A stretch of 64,000 nt of DNA from Arcobacteraceae bacterium (GTDB lineage Bacteria; Campylobacterota; Campylobacteria; Campylobacterales; Arcobacteraceae), in NCBI GenBank assembly GCA_965224485.1, contig CBDCZH010000023.1:1-64000 (forward strand), in the 5' to 3' direction. A program made the translations under genes and the position numbers. Under the pieces are notes generated by a model, which saw nothing but the letters and a program-made list of their open reading frames with translations, searched no databases and was not told the origin of the DNA. Positions 39,452 through 50,646 of this stretch are shown here, piece by piece. Every line of letters starts with the position of its first letter. Positions within the stretch are counted from its first letter, which is position 1.

Positions 39452-40102
39452 TTATCCTCTTTCTTTTATTTGTTTAATATCTTCAAATGTTAAATCTTCT
39501 AAAAACTCATAATATGCATCAATTGATGTAAAATGAGCTATTTTTTTAACATAATATAAATCATCTGCAATTGACTCTATTGTTGGTACTGATGCATTTG
39601 GTATAATTGGAGTTGCAACAGATACCGATTTTGCACCTAAATTAATTGCTGTTTTAATACAAGCCATCATTGTTAAACCTGTATTTAAACCCTCATCTAC
39701 TAATAAAACATTACTATTACTTAAATCTTGAATCTTTTGACCATCTCTGAATTTATTAACATATTCATACATTAAGTCCTCAAAAGCTACTTTAGATTTT
39801 GAAAAAACATAATCTAAGGATATGTCAAAAGATTTAACTAACTCTTCATGTATTACAACTTCTTCACTTTCCGTAATTATTGCTATTTCACACTCAGCAT
39901 TATTAGGTGCAAAAATTTTATAAGAAAACATAATTTTAAACTTAGAATTCAAAGTATTTGATATTATTTTAGCAATAGGATAAGCTCCAAATGAAGTAGA
40001 TACAACAACCCAATCTTCTAATTTCATACTTTGTATTGGTAAAATATCAATTAGCTTCTCTGCTGCATCTACTCTATTTTTAAAATAAATTGAATTCTTC
40101 AT
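39452..40102 (-). CDS. Phosphoribosyltransferase family protein
   Basis: FKNRVDAAEKL, VLLVDEGLNTGLTM PRPP loop. Confidence 0.85.
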   Translation of the reverse strand: MKNSIYFKNRVDAAEKLIDILPIQSMKLEDWVVVSTSFGAYPIAKIISNTLNSKFKIMFSYKIFAPNNAECEIAIITESEEVVIHEELVKSFDISLDYVFSKSKVAFEDLMYEYVNKFRDGQKIQDLSNSNVLLVDEGLNTGLTMMACIKTAINLGAKSVSVATPIIPNASVPTIESIADDLYYVKKIAHFTSIDAYYEFLEDLTFEDIKQIKERG

Positions 40103-42163
40103 CTAAAACTCAAACGTTATAAACGGTTTTAGTGTTAATCTAAAATATATAACATTTTGTTTAATAACATCTATATTAGTACTAGATGTTGGAGTAATCT
40201 CTTTCTCAACAGAAATATTTAAAGCCCAGCACTTATCATCTATGTTTAAAGCAAGTCCTTGTTTACTTCTTATATCTTTTTCTAAGTTGTAATTCTCATA
40301 ATATGATAAAGAATAGTCATTATAAAAATCAAAACCTGTTTTTACTCCATAAGACTCTAAATTCTCTCTTGAAGAATTAAGAGTATCTTTTGACATATAA
40401 TAATCAAGATTTATAAAATAATTTAAATATCTTAGCGAAAAAGATGATGATGACTCAACTAATTGTTTATCAATATTATTATAAATTAATTTATTTTGAA
40501 TACTTCCTAATAAATAATTAATAGTTAGTTCATTTTCTAATTCACCTAATTTAGCATTATAATTATCTTCATATATTACAGACTGTCTGATTTTGTGATT
40601 AATAATTTGTTTTAAACTCTCTTTTTCATATAAAGAATGATTTAGAGAAAATGTTAAAGATTTAATACTTTTATTTAAAGAAAAAGGTTCTAACTCAGCT
40701 TTACGTGTATTTATATTATATAAAGCTCCTTTTTCTTTTACACTATTTGGAATTAAAAGCTCTACCTTTGCATTAAGTGTATGTAAATAATTATCATAAG
40801 ATTTAATTAAATCACTTGATAGTGAAACGATATGATTAAGTTCTACAAAAGTACCATTATCATACTGTGATGTTTTATTAAAATAGTTAAATTTGATTGC
40901 GCTTAACTCTTCTTTTAATGTAAGATTTAAATAATCATCAAAAAATGAAAAATTATATGATAAAGGTATTTTTAATTCATACTTATCAGAGGTAACTCCA
41001 TCAATTCTTGTATAATTTGTATATTTAAAATCACTTGAATATAATAATTTATCTAAAAATATACTCTTAGAATAACTATGTGCTTGAAGTTGTGGAAGTT
41101 CTTGCAAGGTTTTATCATTACTAAAATTCTTTGTATCTAAAAAGAATTTCAAATATGAACCAAAATAATATTTTGGAGTATCATAATAATAATTTACAAA
41201 AGATTTTAACTTTTCCTCATCATTTCCATCTCCTAATAAAGAAGCATAATCTACATCATTTAACCAATTAATAGATAATAATAATTCATCATTATATTCA
41301 CCTTTTGAAAATAAATTTGATCTTTCATAATCAATGTTATAACCAAAATGTTTTTTATTCTCTAAAGCATTTTCTTTAAAATACTCACCTTTTTCAACAA
41401 AAATTCCATTTGAAATTTTTAGTGAAGAATATTGTGAGTCTTTTATTCTAAATTGGGTATGTAAAGCATAACCTCTTTTTGTTCTTACACTTGGAGTTAT
41501 TTCAAAATCATAAGAAGCACTAGGAGCAAAATAAACTGGTTGCTCATAAATTAGACCTTCCTTACTTGAATACCCAATAGTAGGTCTTAATAGTCCAGTT
41601 CGTCTTGTATTATCAGTTGGAAAACCGAAATAAGGAGTATAAAAAACAGGTACATCTTTTATATAAATAGTTGTATTATAAATATCAATCCATTGTTTCT
41701 TCGTATCAAACTTTGCTTCTTTAAATCTAAAAGTCCAATCTGGATCAATACAATCACAACTAGACAAAACAGAAGAGTTAAAGAATATATTATTCTCTTT
41801 TTTACTTGAATTTTTTGAGCTTAACCAAATTTTAGAATCATTATTTAAAAGTAAAATAGGACTTTGTATTAACTCATCTTTATTTAAATCTAAAAAAGAG
41901 TAATCACTTTGAGTAAAAAGTTTATTATCTTTTAATATAATTACATTATCAAAGAGTTCAAAAGTATTATTACTTTTATCATAAATAACCCTATTAGCTG
42001 CTATATAATAATCTTTTGAAAAAATTACTACATCCCCGCTAGCTTCAGTTATATTTTGTTTAGTTTTTACATTATTTGCTAAAATTTCAAATAAATCGGT
42101 TTTTTCTTCTGCTTGTAAGCATAAAGAAGAAAGAATAAGTACAGGTAATATTTTTTTATACAT
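40103..42163 (-). CDS. lptD: LPS assembly protein
   Basis: SSC...PDW, PVFYTPY, RRTGLLRP, late CW motif; start at ATG 42163. Confidence 0.9.
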   Translation of the reverse strand: MYKKILPVLILSSLCLQAEEKTDLFEILANNVKTKQNITEASGDVVIFSKDYYIAANRVIYDKSNNTFELFDNVIILKDNKLFTQSDYSFLDLNKDELIQSPILLLNNDSKIWLSSKNSSKKENNIFFNSSVLSSCDCIDPDWTFRFKEAKFDTKKQWIDIYNTTIYIKDVPVFYTPYFGFPTDNTRRTGLLRPTIGYSSKEGLIYEQPVYFAPSASYDFEITPSVRTKRGYALHTQFRIKDSQYSSLKISNGIFVEKGEYFKENALENKKHFGYNIDYERSNLFSKGEYNDELLLSINWLNDVDYASLLGDGNDEEKLKSFVNYYYDTPKYYFGSYLKFFLDTKNFSNDKTLQELPQLQAHSYSKSIFLDKLLYSSDFKYTNYTRIDGVTSDKYELKIPLSYNFSFFDDYLNLTLKEELSAIKFNYFNKTSQYDNGTFVELNHIVSLSSDLIKSYDNYLHTLNAKVELLIPNSVKEKGALYNINTRKAELEPFSLNKSIKSLTFSLNHSLYEKESLKQIINHKIRQSVIYEDNYNAKLGELENELTINYLLGSIQNKLIYNNIDKQLVESSSSFSLRYLNYFINLDYYMSKDTLNSSRENLESYGVKTGFDFYNDYSLSYYENYNLEKDIRSKQGLALNIDDKCWALNISVEKEITPTSSTNIDVIKQNVIYFRLTLKPFITFEF

Positions 42164-42599
42164 TAACAACTAAAGTCCTAGATATTTTATCATGAAAGGT
42201 TTGTTTTCCACCATTTAATAATGCAAACAAAAAACCTAAGTAAAAAAACATTTCACTTAAAATTCTTCCAACTGAACGTAGAGCGGCAGAACTTAATGCA
42301 ACTCTTTCATAAGTATTATAGTCAATTACTTTAATCTTTACTATAATCTTACCAACAGTAGCTCCATAATACCAAATAAATAAAGTTTGATAAATAAACT
42401 TTAAAAATAAAATAGGCAGTACAAAACCATTTACTACATCAACCATAGCTTCCATATCAGAAGCACTATTAGCAATAGAATCCCAAAAAATAGCAAAAAT
42501 AATAACTGATACTAAAATATCATCAATTAAAAAAGCAAAAAATCTTTTATAAATTGGGGCTAAACTCAAATCTTGGGCTGTATTATTTAAATTATTCAT
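42156..42599 (-). CDS. RDD family membrane protein
   Basis: KRFFAFLID, GATVGK, QTFHDK. Confidence 0.92.
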   Translation of the reverse strand: MNNLNNTAQDLSLAPIYKRFFAFLIDDILVSVIIFAIFWDSIANSASDMEAMVDVVNGFVLPILFLKFIYQTLFIWYYGATVGKIIVKIKVIDYNTYERVALSSAALRSVGRILSEMFFYLGFLFALLNGGKQTFHDKISRTLVVNV

Positions 42600-43873
42600 A
42601 TATTATCTAATTTCAATGCCTGATATGCTATATCAGTTCTGATTTTTTTTCCAGCGAAATGAACTTGCCCACATAAAGAATAAGCTCTATTTCTTGCTTG
42701 CTTAATACTTTTTCCTAAACCTACACACACTAAAATTCTTCCACCTGAAGAAAAAAGTTTATCATCTTGTTTTATTACACCAGCATATGAAATATGAGTA
42801 TTGTTTTTAATATCTTCATCAATTATTTCATCTATAATAATCTCAGCGTCTTTACTTGAACTATAAGGATAGTTTTCACTTGCCATTACAATTCCAACAG
42901 CAAATTCATCTTTAATTTTTAAATCAAGTGATTTTAAATCTTTTGTAGAAGCCTTATAAAAAAGCTCTGAAGCTGGTGTTTCTAATAAAGGCATAATGAT
43001 TTCACACTCAGGATCACCAAATCTTACATTATATTCTAAAATAATCGGCTCACCTTTTACAACCATAACACCAATAAAAAGAACACCTTCAAAAGAAGCA
43101 CCCTCTTTCTTCATTCCTTTTAATGTAGGTTCAATTACTCTTTTATTTACTTTTTCATAAATGTCATCATTTACTAAAGGTGTTGGAGCATAAGCACCCA
43201 TTCCGCCTGTATTTACACCTGTATCTCCATTACCTACTCTTTTATGATCTTGAGCGGCTGGTAATACAATATAATCTTCACCATCACAAATTGCAAAAAT
43301 TGATAATTCATAACCATCTAAAAATTCTTCAATTATTATTTCTTTTCCAGCATCTCCAAAAGAAGAACCAGCTAACATCTCAGATGCTGCCTTCTTTGCT
43401 TCTTTTATACTTTGTGCAATAATTACACCTTTTCCACCACATAAACCATCTGCTTTTACAACAATTGGTAAATTCATAGTTTCAATAAAATCATGAGCTT
43501 TTTTCTCATTTGATGTTTCTATAAACGCTGCTGTTGGTATATTATATTTTTTTAATATATTCTTCATATATACTTTTGAACCTTCAAGCTGTGCAGCTTT
43601 TTTGCTAGGGCCAAAAATAACTAAATCATGTTTTTTGAATATATCAACAACACCATCTACTAAGGGAGCTTCAGGACCTACTATTGTTAAATCAATAGTA
43701 CTTTTTTTTGCCCAAAGTGCCAATTCTTCATAATTATTAATATTTATATTAGTTCCAAGTGTAGATGTTGCACCATTTCCTGGCATAAAAAATAACTTAT
43801 GATTTTCTTCTTTATAAAGGGATAGACCAATAGAGTACTCTCTACCTCCGCTACCAAGTATCAAAATATTCAC
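42596..43873 (-). CDS. purD: Phosphoribosylamine--glycine ligase
   Basis: GSGGRE, LEGSK, QDHKR, NTGGMGAY, RFGDPE. Confidence 0.97.
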   Translation of the reverse strand: MNILILGSGGREYSIGLSLYKEENHKLFFMPGNGATSTLGTNININNYEELALWAKKSTIDLTIVGPEAPLVDGVVDIFKKHDLVIFGPSKKAAQLEGSKVYMKNILKKYNIPTAAFIETSNEKKAHDFIETMNLPIVVKADGLCGGKGVIIAQSIKEAKKAASEMLAGSSFGDAGKEIIIEEFLDGYELSIFAICDGEDYIVLPAAQDHKRVGNGDTGVNTGGMGAYAPTPLVNDDIYEKVNKRVIEPTLKGMKKEGASFEGVLFIGVMVVKGEPIILEYNVRFGDPECEIIMPLLETPASELFYKASTKDLKSLDLKIKDEFAVGIVMASENYPYSSSKDAEIIIDEIIDEDIKNNTHISYAGVIKQDDKLFSSGGRILVCVGLGKSIKQARNRAYSLCGQVHFAGKKIRTDIAYQALKLDNI

Positions 43874-43893
43874 TAAAAGTCCTTAATTGTAAG

Positions 43894-44067
43894 TTACCCA
43901 AGTAGCCGTTGACCATCAAATGGCCCATAAAAGCCAATGACTGTACGTAAGAGTTATACTTTAGGAGCCTAAACACAATGAAAGGCTACACACCGTATAT
44001 TCTACAATTACACACATAAATACAGTATCGGACCCTCAACAATGGAAATCCCGCACTACTTAGATAA
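43894..44067 (-). ncRNA. ssrS: 6S RNA (Campylobacterota type, upstream of purD)
   Basis: About 175-nt GC-richer island whose ends pair (TTATCTAAGTAGT / GCTACTTGGGTAA); TAGAAT -10 at 44077-44072; known position before purD. Confidence 0.8.
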
Positions 44068-44106
44068 TAGTATTCTAACTAATATTGCTTAAAGTGAAGT
44101 TTAAAA

Positions 44107-44742
44107 TTATAAACTTTGGGCTAGTTCTATGCATTTTTCTAAAGATGTACTAGGACTTATTTTAAAATCTACATAAGAAGGTAGATATTTAGCTGTAGTT
44201 TTTCCAATTACAACTGCTTTAAAACTCTTTTTCCAAGTATATCTTTTAAAAAAACAATCAATTGTTGAAGGTGAGCTAAAAATAATAATAGCATTATTAC
44301 TTATTTCTATTTCTTTTAAATCCTCATTGCAAGCTGTTTCATAAGTTATAAGTTCATTAATATCTATTTCTTGTTTTTTTAATAATAAAACCAAAGAAGA
44401 TACAACTTTTTTAGCTCTTATATATAAAACTTTTTTATTTTTTAATAAGGGAGCTAACTCTTTTGCAAAATCATTTCCATGAGATGATTCTCCTGTAAAA
44501 CAAAGAGATCCACCTTCACTTTTTATAATATCTGCTGTTTTTTTTGCAATTGCATAAGATGGTATGTTTTGCCAAGTTTTATTAAATGAGTTTAAAGAAT
44601 AAATTGCATTTTTTGAAGTAAATAATAGGGCATCATAAGAAGATAAATTAGTATTTGATTGTATGTATTTAATTTTTAAAACAGGAATGTTTATAACATT
44701 TGGGAATTTTATTTCACTTAAAATATAAACCTTAGAGATCAT
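44107..44742 (-). CDS. hemD: Uroporphyrinogen-III synthase
   Basis: LFTSKNA, YET, FSSPS, IGKTTA. Confidence 0.9.
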   Translation of the reverse strand: MISKVYILSEIKFPNVINIPVLKIKYIQSNTNLSSYDALLFTSKNAIYSLNSFNKTWQNIPSYAIAKKTADIIKSEGGSLCFTGESSHGNDFAKELAPLLKNKKVLYIRAKKVVSSLVLLLKKQEIDINELITYETACNEDLKEIEISNNAIIIFSSPSTIDCFFKRYTWKKSFKAVVIGKTTAKYLPSYVDFKISPSTSLEKCIELAQSL

Positions 44743-44794
44743 TTACGCTCAGCTTTTTAAAGAAGAAAATCTTCTTTGATTTTTTATATAAGAA

Positions 44795-44819
44795 TCTAGT
44801 GCTTAAAAAAAGCACTAGA
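44795..44819 (-). terminator. Hairpin downstream of der
   Basis: TCTAGTGCTT-aaaaa-AAGCACTAGA. Confidence 0.6.
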
Positions 44820-44827
44820 ATATATAC

Positions 44828-46294
44828 TTAAATTAATTGACTTTCGTTTTCTTCGATTTCTAAGTCTAACTCATCAATATCATTACCTTCTCGCTCACCT
44901 TTTCCACGTGCAACAAGATGTATAGGTGTTCCTTCAAAGTTAATCTTATCTCTTAAAAAGTTAATTAAATATCTTTTATATGAGAAATGTAATAATCTTG
45001 GTTTATTCATAATTAATGCAATTCTAGGAGGTTTTGTTTCAAACTGAGTTGAATAATATATTCTTAAAAATGCACCATTTGGACTAGGAAGAGCATGTCT
45101 TCTAACAGCTTCCTCTATAGTATTATTTAAAATAGAAGTTGAAATTCTTTGAGAATAATTTTCATGAATATCAATTAATTTATCTTTTAATCGATCCATG
45201 CTTCTTCCAGTTTTAGCAGATACTGCAATAATTGGAGCATAATATAAAAATTTGAACTTACTTCTTACTGTTTCTTCAAATTTTTTAAATGTTTCTAAAT
45301 TCTCATCCCATTTATTTAATACAATAATAGTTCCTAAGGCATATTCATCAACCAAACCAGCTATTTTTTCATCTAAATCAACTAATTCACAAGAAGCATC
45401 TAGAACAATTAAAGCTAAATTTGCTTTTTCAAGCATGTCTCGTGTTCTCATTAAGGCGAATTTTTCAATTCCTTCAATCTTTCCACGTCTTCTTAAACCA
45501 GCAGTATCAACAAAAGTAATATCTTTACCCTTATATTGAAAAAATTCATCAACAGGATCAATTGTAGTTCCTGCTATTGGAGACACAACAGATCGCTCTG
45601 AGCCTACTAAAGCATTTAAAATTGAAGACTTTCCAACATTAACTCGTCCAATAATTGCAATTTTTATACTATTATCATCTATCTCTTCTTCTTCATTAAT
45701 ATCAGAGATATCTTCATTTTCATCATTTTCATTATCTTTAGTTTCAGAATTTCTAAGCTCTTCTTCACTTAAAGGAAGTTGCTCACAAATCCATTGAAAT
45801 AAGTTTTTTGTACCTCTATTATGAGAAACTGAAATACCAAACATTTTTTCTTCAGCAACACCAAATTCGTAAAAATCCCAAAGTCTCTCTAACTCTTTAT
45901 CATTATCAATTTTATTAACAACTAAAGCTAGTTTTTTACCTAAGGCCTGAAGTTCATAAAATAATTCTTTATCTTTATCATCAGGAATATTCTTACCATC
46001 AACGATAAAAAGAACTATATCAGCTTCTTTAGCACACTCTATTGCTTTTCTTTTTACATTTGAAAATATAGCATCATTAGTATCATCAATTCCACCTGTA
46101 TCTAAAAGTAAGGCTTCTCTTTCTAATATTTTAACTTCATGTTTTCTAATATCTCTTGTTGTTCCAGCTTGCTCAGATACAATCGCAATTCTTTTTTGTG
46201 CAATTCTATTAAACAATGAACTTTTTCCAACATTAGGCTGTCCCACAAGGGCAATTTTGAGTAAATCATCTCTATTATTATTTATACTTTGCAT
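44828..46294 (-). CDS. der: Ribosome biogenesis GTPase Der
   Basis: Two G domains (GQPNVGKS, GRVNVGKS), DTGG/DTAG, NKID/NKWD, FEGTP. Confidence 0.97.
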   Translation of the reverse strand: MQSINNNRDDLLKIALVGQPNVGKSSLFNRIAQKRIAIVSEQAGTTRDIRKHEVKILEREALLLDTGGIDDTNDAIFSNVKRKAIECAKEADIVLFIVDGKNIPDDKDKELFYELQALGKKLALVVNKIDNDKELERLWDFYEFGVAEEKMFGISVSHNRGTKNLFQWICEQLPLSEEELRNSETKDNENDENEDISDINEEEEIDDNSIKIAIIGRVNVGKSSILNALVGSERSVVSPIAGTTIDPVDEFFQYKGKDITFVDTAGLRRRGKIEGIEKFALMRTRDMLEKANLALIVLDASCELVDLDEKIAGLVDEYALGTIIVLNKWDENLETFKKFEETVRSKFKFLYYAPIIAVSAKTGRSMDRLKDKLIDIHENYSQRISTSILNNTIEEAVRRHALPSPNGAFLRIYYSTQFETKPPRIALIMNKPRLLHFSYKRYLINFLRDKINFEGTPIHLVARGKGEREGNDIDELDLEIEENESQLI

Positions 46295-46334
46295 AAATTA
46301 TTATTTTCCTACAATTTTTTTCTTATTATAACCA

Positions 46335-46370
46335 AAAAAAGGTATTAGCACTCATGCTAATACCTTTTTT
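46335..46370 (-). terminator. Intrinsic terminator of hpf
   Basis: AAAAAAGGTATTAGCA-ctca-TGCTAATACCTTTTTT. Confidence 0.85.
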
Positions 46371-46389
46371 ATTAAAAAATTAAGAAATT

Positions 46390-46932
46390 CTAGTATAAAC
46401 CGAATTTATCATCTTCTTTCATTTTGTATAAAACTCTCATATTATCATCTTTATCATAGAAAACTTTAAAACCAGCATCACTAGCTTTTAAATCAGATAA
46501 AGCTTCTTCAATTTCAATAGGTTTATAAGAACTTAATCTAGTTGGAACTATTTCATTTTCAAATTTTTCTAATTCAATAGCAACTTCATCTTGAACATTT
46601 AAAGCATCAAGCTCTGTTAATTTAGTAGCTTTATGCCCTGTAATTTTATCGTGATGTCTTCTTAAAACTTTAGAAACTCTATCAACTGCAATATCAACAG
46701 CCGAATATAAATCTTTATCTTTTTGTTTTACAACAATAGTATCTAAATGAGCAACATTTAATGTAAACTCAAAAACAAAAACAGGCTTACTGTTTCTTTC
46801 TTCTTTATCAATAATTGAATTTACTGAAATAATATCCAAATTATATTTTTTGAAAATATCTACTGAACTATTTACGTAATCTTTAATTGCATCTGTTAAT
46901 TCTATATGTCTTCCTACAATACTTGTATTCAT
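46390..46932 (-). CDS. hpf: Ribosome hibernation promoting factor (long form)
   Basis: GRHIELTDAIKDY, DLYSAVD, KPIEIEEA, VLYK..D.KFGLY. Confidence 0.92.
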   Translation of the reverse strand: MNTSIVGRHIELTDAIKDYVNSSVDIFKKYNLDIISVNSIIDKEERNSKPVFVFEFTLNVAHLDTIVVKQKDKDLYSAVDIAVDRVSKVLRRHHDKITGHKATKLTELDALNVQDEVAIELEKFENEIVPTRLSSYKPIEIEEALSDLKASDAGFKVFYDKDDNMRVLYKMKEDDKFGLY

Positions 46933-47029
46933 GACAACTCCTTATATTTAATTACTTATATAATTATTCTAACAAAAGATACTTAAAAAAATAATAAGAT
47001 TTTTATAAACTAATTAGGAATTTGGGAAT

Positions 47030-49186
47030 TTATATCAAAATCTCTCTATTTCCTTTAGTATTAGCTTCTGATAAAACTCCATTTGCCTCAAGTTGTTCAA
47101 TAATTGTAGCAGCTCTGTTATATCCAATTCTAAGTTTTCTTTGAATATAAGAAATAGATGTTTTTTTATCACTTATTATAATATTTTTAGCATCTTCATA
47201 AAGTTCATCTAATTCAATCAAATCTTGCTTTGATAAAGATGAACCATCACTTGGTTTTTGTTTAACAAAATTCATATCATAAACAACTTCTCTTTGCTCT
47301 TTTAAAAACTCAACAACTTTTTCTATTTCATCTTCACTTGACCAAGGCGCATGAAGTCTAACTAAAGAAGATGTTCCAGGAGGAGTAAATAACATATCTC
47401 CTCTTCCTAATAAAGACTCAGCTCCCATAGAATCTAAAATAATCTTAGAATCTATTTTTTGCCCTACTTTATAAGCTAATCTACTTGGTAGGTTTGCTTT
47501 AATTAATCCAGTAACTACATCAACAGAAGGTCTCTGCGTTGCAACTATTAAGTGAATTCCAGAAGCTCTTGCCATTTGTGCTAGTCTTGCAATAGAGACT
47601 TCAACTTCTTTTCCACTTGTCATCATTAAATCAGCTAACTCATCAATAATAACTACAATATAAGGAATAGCATCGAATCCTTCTTTTTTTGATTTCTCAT
47701 TATAGTTTTCAATATTTTTAGTTCTAGTTTTAGCCATTAAAGTATAACGTCTTTCCATTTCACAAACCATATTAGCTAAAGCAGTAACTGCCTCACTAGC
47801 TTTTGTAATTACTGGAGTTAATAAATGAGGAATATCATTATACATTGAAAATTCAAGCATCTTAGGATCAATCATCATAAGTCTTAAATTATCTGGTGAA
47901 TTCTTATATAAAAGAGATAAAATCATTGAATTTATTCCAACAGACTTTCCAGAACCTGTTGTTCCTGCAATTAAAAGATGTGGAAGTTTTTTAAGATCTG
48001 TTATAAAAGGTTTACCAACAATATCTTTTCCTAAAATCATTGTTAGTGGAGATTTAGAGTTTTGGAAGATTTCAGACTCTAACATCTCTTTTAAATAAAT
48101 TGTTTGCATATTTTCATTTGGAACTTCTATTCCAACTACATCTTTTCCAGGAATTGGAGCTTGTATTCTTATTGTTTCAGCTTTTAAAGCCATTGCTAAA
48201 TCATCTTGCAAGTTTAATATTTTAGATACTTTTACATGAGGTGCTGGTTTAAACTCAAAAGTAGTAACAACAGGACCTGTATAGGTTCTAACAACATCAC
48301 CTTCGATTTTAAATAAAGACAATTTTTCCAATAAATCTTTAATTTTCCCATCAATTAAAGCTTCATTTACTTTTGATACTTTCTCTTTAGGAGAGTTTTG
48401 AAAAAATGAAGTTAAAGGAAGTTTAAAGTCTTTTGGTTTATCTATTACTCCTAACTCTATTTGATCTTGAAGTTTTTTATTCTCTTCTAATTCTTCAACT
48501 ATTACAGAGTGAGTATCTGTTGTGAACTCAAGTTCTTCTACTACTTCTTTTTTCTCTTCTTTTTTTAAGGAATTATTTTTTACTGTTGAGCTTTCAATCA
48601 GAATTTCAGCAGTATCCCCTACTTCTTTTACTACAATATTTTCTTCTTTTCTTTTTTCTCTTTTTTTAGGATCTATACTTTTTGTTTTTATTCTTTTTGG
48701 GTTTTCTTGTATAAAAGTACTAGATCTTGATTCATTTACTTTTTTAGCATACGCTCGCAAAGAAAATTCACTATCTTCTAAAAAAACAATATAAGAAATC
48801 ACTAAACCAATCAAAACACTTATCCATAAACCAGCATTACCAATATATGGACTTAAAGAAGTAATAATTATATTTCCAATTTCTCCTGAAAGTATGTCTT
48901 TTTCTAAAAGTAAAGCTTGCAAAATAAGTAAAGAAAAAATCAAAACTACAATAGTTAGGAATTTACTTAAAAAATCTATATAATTAAATTTTTTGTAAGT
49001 TACTAGATATAAAGGATATAAAAATAGTAACAAGTAGGCATAAGAAAGGTATCCAAAGTATTTATGTGAATAAGAAGCAAAGATAAATCCAATTTGACCT
49101 ATTGATTCTTTTTGAGTAAAAATAGTTGAATATTCAAAATAAACAATAATAAATAAGATGATTAATGATGAGATTTTTTTAAATAT
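47030..49186 (-). CDS. ftsK: DNA translocase FtsK (probable ATA start)
   Basis: IRIQAPIPGK, AGTTGSGKS, IDELADLM, gamma domain GYNRAA; frame open upstream of TTG 49033 through a further TM segment to ATA 49186 (start position less certain). Confidence 0.93.
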   Translation of the reverse strand: MFKKISSLIILFIIVYFEYSTIFTQKESIGQIGFIFASYSHKYFGYLSYAYLLLFLYPLYLVTYKKFNYIDFLSKFLTIVVLIFSLLILQALLLEKDILSGEIGNIIITSLSPYIGNAGLWISVLIGLVISYIVFLEDSEFSLRAYAKKVNESRSSTFIQENPKRIKTKSIDPKKREKRKEENIVVKEVGDTAEILIESSTVKNNSLKKEEKKEVVEELEFTTDTHSVIVEELEENKKLQDQIELGVIDKPKDFKLPLTSFFQNSPKEKVSKVNEALIDGKIKDLLEKLSLFKIEGDVVRTYTGPVVTTFEFKPAPHVKVSKILNLQDDLAMALKAETIRIQAPIPGKDVVGIEVPNENMQTIYLKEMLESEIFQNSKSPLTMILGKDIVGKPFITDLKKLPHLLIAGTTGSGKSVGINSMILSLLYKNSPDNLRLMMIDPKMLEFSMYNDIPHLLTPVITKASEAVTALANMVCEMERRYTLMAKTRTKNIENYNEKSKKEGFDAIPYIVVIIDELADLMMTSGKEVEVSIARLAQMARASGIHLIVATQRPSVDVVTGLIKANLPSRLAYKVGQKIDSKIILDSMGAESLLGRGDMLFTPPGTSSLVRLHAPWSSEDEIEKVVEFLKEQREVVYDMNFVKQKPSDGSSLSKQDLIELDELYEDAKNIIISDKKTSISYIQRKLRIGYNRAATIIEQLEANGVLSEANTKGNREILI

Positions 49187-49196
49187 TTTATAGCCT

Positions 49197-50141
49197 TTAT
49201 TTAAGTAATTTTGATATTTTAGCCTGTAATCTAAGCCAAGTTCTATGTTCCATTAAAGGAAAACCTGCCCACTGTTTTTTAGGCTCTTTTATACTTTTAG
49301 TAACTCCACCCCTGGCAGAAACTGTTGTAAAAGGTGCAATTTCTAAATGACCAGCAACTCCACTTTGAGCTCCCATGATTACATACTGTTTTAAAACAGA
49401 CGAACCAGCAAGTCCAACTTGACCAGTTAAGATACAGCCTTTTTCTAAAATACAATTATGTGCAATATGAACTAAATTATCAATTCTAACACCTGTACAT
49501 ATAAGAGTAGATTTAAAAGCAGCCCTATCAATTGCACAATTAGCACCAATTTCCACATCATCTTCTATGATTACATTTCCATTTTGATAAATTTTTATAT
49601 ATTTACCATCTTTTTGTGCAAAACCAAAACCATCACTTCCAATTACTGTTCCTGAATGAATAATACAGTTTGCTCCAATTATACACTCTTTATATATAGT
49701 AACATTAGCATGAATAATTGTATTTTCACCAATACTTACATTATCTCCAATATAAGCTCCACTTAAAATAGTACAATTTTTTGCAATGTTAACCCCAAAA
49801 CCGATATTAACACTTGGCACAAGTATTGAAGATTCATGAATTACAGCACTTTCTCCTTTTCTTTGAACAATAGAAGATGAGAAAAATTTAGAAGCATAAG
49901 CTAAAGCTACATAAGGTTCATCACAAATTAAAGCAATAGAAGTTTTGGGAACTAAAGGCGCAAACTCTTTATTTATAAAAATAGCCGCAGCTTTTGTATT
50001 TTTTAAATCTTTTAAATACTTTTTATTCTCTAAAAAAGTTATCTCATTTTGTGAAGCATCATTTAATGTATTTAATGAAGATATTTCAATATCTTCATTA
50101 CAAGATATTTTAAGTTCGTAACAAAGTTTTTTTAAGTTCAC
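49197..50141 (-). CDS. lpxD: UDP-3-O-acylglucosamine N-acyltransferase
   Basis: Hexapeptide repeats, [17 protein letters not shown]; probable GTG start at 50141. Confidence 0.95.
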   Translation of the reverse strand: MNLKKLCYELKISCNEDIEISSLNTLNDASQNEITFLENKKYLKDLKNTKAAAIFINKEFAPLVPKTSIALICDEPYVALAYASKFFSSSIVQRKGESAVIHESSILVPSVNIGFGVNIAKNCTILSGAYIGDNVSIGENTIIHANVTIYKECIIGANCIIHSGTVIGSDGFGFAQKDGKYIKIYQNGNVIIEDDVEIGANCAIDRAAFKSTLICTGVRIDNLVHIAHNCILEKGCILTGQVGLAGSSVLKQYVIMGAQSGVAGHLEIAPFTTVSARGGVTKSIKEPKKQWAGFPLMEHRTWLRLQAKISKLLK

Positions 50142-50148
50142 AGTTTTT

Positions 50149-50646
50149 TTATCTTTCAATTGCAACAATTCCACTTCTTACTACTTCTAAAGGGTTAAAT
50201 TTTTCCATTACTGAAATAAAATTTGCAATTCTTTGTGCTGAGTCTGTTGCACTTACAATAATAGCTTCATTCGTAACATTTTGAATAGTTCCATTATAAG
50301 CTCTTGCTATTACATCAATATCAGCTAAATGATTATTAATTGAAAATTTCATTAATACAGTATCTTTTTCAACAACATTTCTATGTTCATTAACTCGTAA
50401 AACAGGAATTAATTTATTTAACTGTTTTACAATTTGATCCATAACTCTTTTATCACCAGTTGTTACAATAGTCATACGAGAGTATTTACTTTTTGACATA
50501 GGCGCAACTGTTAAAGAATCAATATTATAACCTCTTGCAGAAAAAAGCCCTACTATTCTTGATAAAACATTATTCTCATTCATAACAACAACAGAGATAA
50601 CTCTTCTTGTAATTTCACTATCATAATAGTGATTAAAATTATTCAT
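50149..50646 (-). CDS. ilvN: Acetolactate synthase small subunit
   Basis: [32 protein letters not shown]. Confidence 0.95.
   Translation of the reverse strand: MNNFNHYYDSEITRRVISVVVMNENNVLSRIVGLFSARGYNIDSLTVAPMSKSKYSRMTIVTTGDKRVMDQIVKQLNKLIPVLRVNEHRNVVEKDTVLMKFSINNHLADIDVIARAYNGTIQNVTNEAIIVSATDSAQRIANFISVMEKFNPLEVVRSGIVAIER

Noticed and set aside
46345..46360. TTAGCACTC CIRCE half-site
   Set aside because: Second half and 9-nt spacer are absent; the sequence is the stem-loop of the hpf terminator
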